A stretch of DNA of 64,000 nt, from NCBI GenBank assembly GCA_965208125.1, contig OZ242320.1, positions 3,776,001 to 3,840,000 on the forward strand, written 5' to 3'. Position numbers and translations under genes: made by a program. Under the pieces are notes generated by a model that made no database searches, had not been told where the DNA came from, and saw only the letters and a list, made by a program, of their open reading frames with translations. The stretch comes from Candidatus Latescibacterota bacterium. GTDB taxonomy: Bacteria > Latescibacterota > UBA2968. This document shows, piece after piece, positions 58,519 through 64,000 of this stretch; within the stretch, counting starts at the first letter, position 1, and each line of letters opens with the position of its first letter.

Positions 58519-60609
58519 GTGAAAAAGAACCGATTGTTTAATCTCGCACTCTTGTTGGTCACGGCCCTGTTCGTGCAGGAAAGCCTCGCTCAGACCGCCC
58601 TTGGCGTGCAGCATTTACCCGAGGGTGCGAAAGCGCGCTTGGGAAAAGGCTGGATACACGCAATTGCGTACTCTCCGGATGGCACACGTCTTGCCGTTGG
58701 AAGTAGCATCGGTATTTGGCTCTACGATGCACAGACTGGTGAAGAACTCTCCCTGCTCACAGGGCATACGGATAAGGTCAATAGCGTATCGTTTAGTCCA
58801 GATGGGCAGACCCTGGCAAGTGGGAGTAGTGACAAAACGATTCGTTTATGGGATGTGGATACAGGCAACCTTCTCCACACGCTCACAGGGCATCCGTATT
58901 GGGTCAATAGCGTATCGTTTAGTCCAGATGGGCAGACCCTGGCAAGTGGGGGTGATGACAGAGCGATTCGTTTATGGGATGTGGATAAAGGCAGCCATAT
59001 TCGCACGCTCAGAGGACATGAGGGCGAAGTCACTAGCGTATCGTTTAGTCCTGATGGACAATTTCTGGCAAGCGGGAGTTATGACGATACAATTCTTTTA
59101 TGGGAGGTAGCCACTGGCGGTTATTTTCGCACGTTCACCGGACATACGGATATAGTCTTTAGCGTATCGTTTAGTCCAGATGGGCAAACCTTGGCAAGCG
59201 GGAGTAGGGACAAAACGATTCGTTTATGGAATGTGGATACAGGTAGCCATATTCGCACACTCATAAGGCATACGAATACAGTCCTTAGCGTATCGTTTAG
59301 TCCAGATGGGCAGACCTTGGCAAGTGGGGGTTATGACGGAGCGATTCGTTTATGGGAAGTAGCTACAGGCAGCCTTCTTCGCACGCTCACAGGGCATATG
59401 GAGGCGCCTATCAATAGCGTATCGTTTAGTCCAGATGGGCAGACCCTGGCAAGTGGGAGTTATGACGCAACGGCTCGTTTATGGGAAGTAGCTACAGGCA
59501 GCCTTCTTCGCACGCTCACAGGGCATACGGAGGCGCCTATCACTAGCGTATCGTTTAGTCCAGATGGGCAGACCCTGGCAAGTGGGGGTTATGACGCAAC
59601 GGCTCGTTTATGGGAAGTAGCTACAGGCAGCCATATTCGCACGTTCACCGGGCATCCGTATTGGGTCACTAGCGTATCGTTTAGTCCAGATGGGCAGACC
59701 CTGGCAAGTGGGGGTTATGACGGAGCGATTCGTTTATGGGAAGTAGCTACAGGCAGCCTTCTTCGCACGCTCACAGGGCATATGGAGGCGCCTATCAATA
59801 GCGTATCGTTTAGTCCAGATGGGCAGACCCTGGCAAGTGGGGGTTATGACGCAACGGCTCGTTTATGGGAAGTAGCTACAGGCAGCCATATTCGCACGTT
59901 CACAGGACATGAGGGCGAAGTCACTAGCGTATCGTTTAGTCCAGATGGGCAGACCTTGGCAAGCGGGAGTTATGACGCAACGGCTCGTTTATGGGAAGTA
60001 GCTACAGGCAGCCATATTCGCACGTTCACCGGGCATCCGTATTGGGTCACTAGCGTATCGTTTAGTCCAGATGGGCAGACCTTGGCAAGCGGGAGTTATG
60101 ACGCAACGGCTCGTTTATGGGAAGTAGCTACAGGCAGCCATATTCGCACGTTCACAGGACATGAGGGCGAAGTCACTAGCGTATCGTTTAGTCCAGATGG
60201 GCAGACCTTGGCAAGCGGGAGTTATGACGCAACGGCTCGTTTATGGAATGTGGATACAGGTAGCCATATTCGCACGTTCACAGGACATGAGGGCGGAGTC
60301 ACTAGCGTATCGTTTAGTCCAGATGGGCAGACCCTGGCAAGTGGGCACTCTGATAGACTTTTGTATTCGGATGCTAGTGGTATGGTTCTGCTTTGGGATA
60401 TGTCGCCGTATATCGCACCTCAACCCCCTAACCCCGACTTCGACAGCGATGGGATTGTTGGCTTTCCCGACTTTTTGGAATTTGTAGCACAATTCGGGTT
60501 AAGTCAAGGCGATGCGGGGTATAATGCGCGGTTTGATCTGGATGGCGATGGAACCATTGGGTTTGGCGATTTTCTGATCTTTGCCAAAAGTTTTGGTACG
60601 TCAGGATAA
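58519..60609 (+). CDS. secreted WD40-repeat protein (14 blades) with C-terminal dockerin/EF-hand-like domain
   Basis: Signal peptide, one divergent plus 13 GH...SVSFSPDG..LASG...W repeats, then DFDSDGIVGFPDF...DLDGDGTIGFGDF. Confidence 0.95.
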   Translation: MKKNRLFNLALLLVTALFVQESLAQTALGVQHLPEGAKARLGKGWIHAIAYSPDGTRLAVGSSIGIWLYDAQTGEELSLLTGHTDKVNSVSFSPDGQTLASGSSDKTIRLWDVDTGNLLHTLTGHPYWVNSVSFSPDGQTLASGGDDRAIRLWDVDKGSHIRTLRGHEGEVTSVSFSPDGQFLASGSYDDTILLWEVATGGYFRTFTGHTDIVFSVSFSPDGQTLASGSRDKTIRLWNVDTGSHIRTLIRHTNTVLSVSFSPDGQTLASGGYDGAIRLWEVATGSLLRTLTGHMEAPINSVSFSPDGQTLASGSYDATARLWEVATGSLLRTLTGHTEAPITSVSFSPDGQTLASGGYDATARLWEVATGSHIRTFTGHPYWVTSVSFSPDGQTLASGGYDGAIRLWEVATGSLLRTLTGHMEAPINSVSFSPDGQTLASGGYDATARLWEVATGSHIRTFTGHEGEVTSVSFSPDGQTLASGSYDATARLWEVATGSHIRTFTGHPYWVTSVSFSPDGQTLASGSYDATARLWEVATGSHIRTFTGHEGEVTSVSFSPDGQTLASGSYDATARLWNVDTGSHIRTFTGHEGGVTSVSFSPDGQTLASGHSDRLLYSDASGMVLLWDMSPYIAPQPPNPDFDSDGIVGFPDFLEFVAQFGLSQGDAGYNARFDLDGDGTIGFGDFLIFAKSFGTSG
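58762..60400 (+). repeat. 13 tandem 126/129-bp near-identical coding repeats
   Basis: Core AGCGTATCGTTTAGTCC in every unit; units start at 58762, 58888, 59014, 59140, 59266, 59392, 59521, 59650, 59776, 59905, 60031, 60157, 60283. Confidence 0.95.
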
Positions 60610-60732
60610 AATCAAAGCACTTAATAATGTTAGTATCGTAAATCCGTAGCATTTCACTGAATCAAGTTCAGTGCAGGCTATTGAGCCACTCGTGAACACG
60701 TTTCAAATTTATGTCCGCTATTTTTAACAGTA

Positions 60733-60960
60733 TCATTCGAGTCTGAAAGCCTGAAACTGTTGCGTGCGTATCTTCGCAATGAAGATTTAACCGTGGGACC
60801 GCTTTTCAGGACGGGAAAATACAAAGATCAGCGCATGAGTTATATGGCCGCACTCCATCAATGGACGAAGCTGTGTGATCAGGCAGAGGTCAAATGCGAG
60901 ATCCACCAGCTTCGTCACACAGCCGCGACGGAGCTGGTGAACAGTGGCGTAGGACTTGAC
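60733..60960 (+). pseudogene. central fragment of a tyrosine recombinase
   Basis: LKLLRAYL...GPLF...HQLRHTAATELVNSGVGLD (HxLRH box); similarity stops before the GH/Tyr box. Confidence 0.8.
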
Positions 60961-61008
60961 CATCTTCGAGCGTCAGTGTCCTTCCACACACAAGAGAAAA
61001 GGAAAACA

Positions 61009-61551
61009 ATGTCTTTGCCATCAAATGTAACCATCGCAGTACTCAGATATTTTTTAGTTGCTACGGTTATTCTACTGTTCGGTCACAATGTTGATAGCGG
61101 AACCCAGAAACAGATCGTTGACTTTGACTTTCGTAAAGTTAAATGGGGAATGTCTATCGGGTCAGTAAAACGATCCGAAGCTATTCAGGGTAAAAATGGG
61201 AAGCCGCGAGACTTCTACCTAAACACAGAAGAAAAACAACTTATCTACAATGAGTCTTTATTCGATCAACCGTGTCGACTTATATATCAATTTAATACAG
61301 AGAAAAAGTTAGAAGGTGCACAATATCAACTATTGGGCGAAGATGTGAGCGATGAAGTTACGCGGATGCTGACACAACAATACGGTGACTCTATAAATGT
61401 GCCAGATGTGCAAATAGTTTGGTTCTCAAAGGATCAAGATACCATGATCAGATTCATGACAAATGCTCAAATTATTTTTTACGAGCAGATCGATAAGAGT
61501 AAAATCGAGAGTATTATTGACTTTTACAAAAACCAGGCTGACAGCCGTTAA
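61009..61551 (+). CDS. exported hypothetical protein
   Basis: AAGGA RBS, hydrophobic N-terminus, DFRKVKWGMS motif, AT-richer than flanks. Confidence 0.65.
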   Translation: MSLPSNVTIAVLRYFLVATVILLFGHNVDSGTQKQIVDFDFRKVKWGMSIGSVKRSEAIQGKNGKPRDFYLNTEEKQLIYNESLFDQPCRLIYQFNTEKKLEGAQYQLLGEDVSDEVTRMLTQQYGDSINVPDVQIVWFSKDQDTMIRFMTNAQIIFYEQIDKSKIESIIDFYKNQADSR

Positions 61552-62022
61552 GTATATTGCAAATACGAAAACAGACAGGGCTTGACCCGCTTTGGATACT
61601 GTTGCCGAATTCTATACGCAAAAGCAACTAAGGATCATGTTCGTGTCGTAGCCCTGCGCGCCGGTCTCTGCTTCGGACGACCGCGACATTTCCTGATAGG
61701 TGTTCGTCTGGGCACCATCACCATAAATACCATCCAAAATACCCTGTGTTCTTCAGGACATTTTTTATGTGATTTTCCGCTGTAATCCTCCTGTTTCATT
61801 ATAGTCCCAACTGTTCCAAATGAAACAGTTACTGTGTCATATGACACAGTTTTCCACAGGTCCTTTTCCTTGTCATCCGGTGCGGATTAGGGTATCTTTT
61901 CGATAATTCACCCATCTGGGTACGGGATTGATCAGGGTTTAGGTATTTCGGTTATCACGGTTGACGACGAACTTGTAAATTAATAAGGAAATTCAGACAC
62001 AAAAAAATTCAAAGGACTGAGA

Positions 62023-62364
62023 ATGGTACTCAATCTCAAAGAAGCTGGCAGCAAACTCCAGGAATTGGTTCAATCTCTCAGATCTTCTAACGAAGCGTGT
62101 GAAGTTAGAAATGAAGCTGGGCAGATGGTGTCAGTTGTGTTGCCTGTAGAACGCTATCGACTCTATCAGCAACAGTGGGAAAAGGATTTCGTTGCGGTTG
62201 ACCAAATCCGGGATAAGATGAGGGACAATGATCCCGATTACGTCGAGACACAGATCGTGTCTGACTCCGATCCCGTGACGCCATCACCGCTACGTGGCAG
62301 GGTCATTGAATATTTGGATCCGACGGAGCCAGTCACTATAGAGGACTTGGAACTTTTGAAGTGA
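62023..62364 (+). CDS. Phd/YefM-like antitoxin, apparently chimeric
   Basis: NLKEAGSKLQELV...VVLPVERY N-terminus; C-terminal LRGRVIEYLDPTEPV..EDLELLK resembles PIN-toxin antitoxins. Confidence 0.6.
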   Translation: MVLNLKEAGSKLQELVQSLRSSNEACEVRNEAGQMVSVVLPVERYRLYQQQWEKDFVAVDQIRDKMRDNDPDYVETQIVSDSDPVTPSPLRGRVIEYLDPTEPVTIEDLELLK

Positions 62365-62441
62365 TTATTCTGGATACGCACCTGTGGATTTGGCTGATCG
62401 AATGTGTGAATTCTTCGGAACGGGAGTATGCCAAAGGTTAG
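62361..62441 (+). pseudogene. vapC: truncated VapC/PIN toxin
   Basis: GTGA overlap with antitoxin stop; MIILDTHLWIWLI is a PIN-toxin start; ORF ends after 26 codons inside hicA. Confidence 0.7.
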
Positions 62442-62628
62442 AGACGCTATCCGATTGATCCAGAGGGACGGGTGGCGGCTGGTAAGGACGCGAGGGAGTC
62501 ACCGTCAATACCATCATCCCGATAAGCCCGGAACAGTAACTATTCCGGGTCATCCGGGAGATGATGTGGCACCGGGTACATGGCTGAATATCCTGAGACA
62601 AGCAGGGCTAAGGGAGAGAAACCAATGA
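62428..62628 (+). CDS. hicA: HicA toxin
   Basis: GWRLVRTRGSHRQYHHPDKPGTVTIPGH...GTWLNILRQAGL. Confidence 0.92.
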   Translation: MPKVRDAIRLIQRDGWRLVRTRGSHRQYHHPDKPGTVTIPGHPGDDVAPGTWLNILRQAGLRERNQ

Positions 62629-62945
62629 AGCTAAAATATGCGGTGGTCTATGAACGCACGCCGAACAACTATTCAGCCTATTCGCCTGATTTGCCGGGCT
62701 GCATAAGCACTGGGGAAACCTGGGAGGAGATTCAGGAAAACATGCGGGAGGCGATTACCTTTCACATCGAGAGTCTGATGGAATACGGCGACCCGGTTCC
62801 CCAACCGCAGATGTCAATTGAGGAGGCAATGGTTTTCCATTGCAAAGCCCTCAAAGAGTACAAGGATCCGATTCCTCAACTGGAGACCACAGTAGGCATA
62901 GCTGAGGTTGAAGTCAAGCCATCACAGGAGGCAAGGGCAAGTTAA
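62625..62945 (+). CDS. hicB: HicB antitoxin
   Basis: YSAYSPDLPGCISTGETWEE...EAITFHIE; ATGA overlap with hicA. Confidence 0.9.
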   Translation: MKLKYAVVYERTPNNYSAYSPDLPGCISTGETWEEIQENMREAITFHIESLMEYGDPVPQPQMSIEEAMVFHCKALKEYKDPIPQLETTVGIAEVEVKPSQEARAS

Positions 62946-62964
62946 TATAAACATAATAAACATA

Positions 62965-62993
62965 CTGGACCCCGGCTAACGCCGGAGTGACGG
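62965..62993. repeat. half of a TGGA...TGAC-type palindromic extragenic repeat
   Basis: CTGGACCCCGGC-TAAC-GCCGGAGTGACGG. Confidence 0.5.
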
Positions 62994-63043
62994 CGTGCTA
63001 TGCGTGCGGCAGGTTCAATGATTTATATCTCTCCTATCTGATC

Positions 63044-63826
63044 CTAAACATTTTCCAGTATATCCCTCATCGCTTTTCCCTCTTCGCGGAACCATTGCAT
63101 TAAAATGCTTACATCGGTTCCCACGCAAAAGTGTTTCACGCCCATGTCCAAATATCGCTTCGCACCTCTGGCGTCTCCGAGTTCCGCCCGGGGTGCGATG
63201 CCCATTTTAAGCGATGTTTCGATCACGTATTTTTCGGCTTCTTGCACCTTTTCCCTATCATAGCCCGTGTTCAGAGAATAATCTCCTGGCCCGAATTGTA
63301 TCATATCTAAGCCCGGCACGGAGAGCAGTGCTTCCAAATTTTCGACCGCTTCCTTCTTTTCGATCATGATCGCAACAACGGAATCGCGACACGACTGAAT
63401 AAATTCAGCCCCCCCTGTATCTACACCGAACCGCACGTATCGGCGCATATTCACCCCGTGATGCCCGCCATCTTCTGGCGTGTCGGGACGCACGGCTGCC
63501 ACACAGGCTGCCACATCTTCTACTGTACGCACATCGGCGAATAAAACATTTTGAATACCCGCACCTATGGCGCGGTTTGCAATGTGCCCACGCGGATCTT
63601 CCTCGACCTTGATCATCGCCGACATATCGTCGAATAGATCGATAGCCCGCCCGATATTATCCATTGTGTGTAAATCATAAGGGGCGTATTCCGATACGTA
63701 TTCGATATAATCGAACTGTCCTGAATATCCCACCATTTCAAATACCGATGGCCACGGGCTGTGTACGTGGGTTCCCAAGCTGGGTCGATCGGCATCGAGC
63801 AGTTCTCTCAGTTTATTTCGGCGCAT
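63044..63826 (-). CDS. HpcH/HpaI aldolase family
   Basis: EYAPYD, IMIEK, QFGPGDYS, GTDV; AAGGAGG RBS. Confidence 0.85.
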   Translation of the reverse strand: MRRNKLRELLDADRPSLGTHVHSPWPSVFEMVGYSGQFDYIEYVSEYAPYDLHTMDNIGRAIDLFDDMSAMIKVEEDPRGHIANRAIGAGIQNVLFADVRTVEDVAACVAAVRPDTPEDGGHHGVNMRRYVRFGVDTGGAEFIQSCRDSVVAIMIEKKEAVENLEALLSVPGLDMIQFGPGDYSLNTGYDREKVQEAEKYVIETSLKMGIAPRAELGDARGAKRYLDMGVKHFCVGTDVSILMQWFREEGKAMRDILENV

Positions 63827-64000
63827 GTTTCCTCCTTGAAAGTATTGTTGCACATGTCAGTGCGTTTCATTTCTTATCAATACACAAAAATAATAAAAAA
63901 ATCCAGTGGTCTTCTCTGTGCTCGCGTCCAGACCCCGACAATTTTGGGTTGTCTCTTGAACATGATGAAGTTATACTATTAGCAGGGATTATAAAATTCA

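Noticed and set aside
58762-60400. CRISPR array or DGR template/variable repeats
   Set aside because: Repeats are in-frame coding WD40 units with reused variable segments; no cas or reverse transcriptase gene in the window and differences are not adenine-specific
60760-61551. 263-aa integrase fusion protein
   Set aside because: Chance in-frame join of a recombinase fragment and a separate gene with its own RBS and ATG at 61009

Overview
Bacterial chromosomal window of moderate GC and high gene density. The gene content suggests a Latescibacterota/Poribacteria-like marine or sponge-associated heterotroph (inference): four Cys-type sulfatases, five Gfo/Idh/MocA oxidoreductases, a PhyH dioxygenase, dockerin-like C-terminal tags and a highly repetitive secreted WD40 protein. 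Housekeeping genes (manC, nadA, mraY, hisI with a His attenuator, prs, ltaE, trmY) are mixed with catabolic clusters. Highlights not visible in the ORF track: (1) a peroxiredoxin-like selenoprotein at 7021-7614 with an in-frame UGA at the catalytic Cys position, a SECIS-like hairpin and an internal duplication; (2) a duplicated MpaB/Lcp-type oxygenase pair in front of an RND/MMPL + LolA-like + OM barrel triad; (3) a tandem amidohydrolase pair resembling dinuclear-metal oxygenases; (4) a 58-63 kb accessory island where a secreted, dockerin-tagged 14-blade WD40 gene built from combinatorially shuffled near-identical repeats lies between two complementary tyrosine-recombinase remnants, followed by a layered toxin-antitoxin locus; (5) a complete sigma-54 promoter/IHF/UAS architecture and several REP-type palindromes. 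No rRNA, tRNA, CRISPR array or intact transposase was found.
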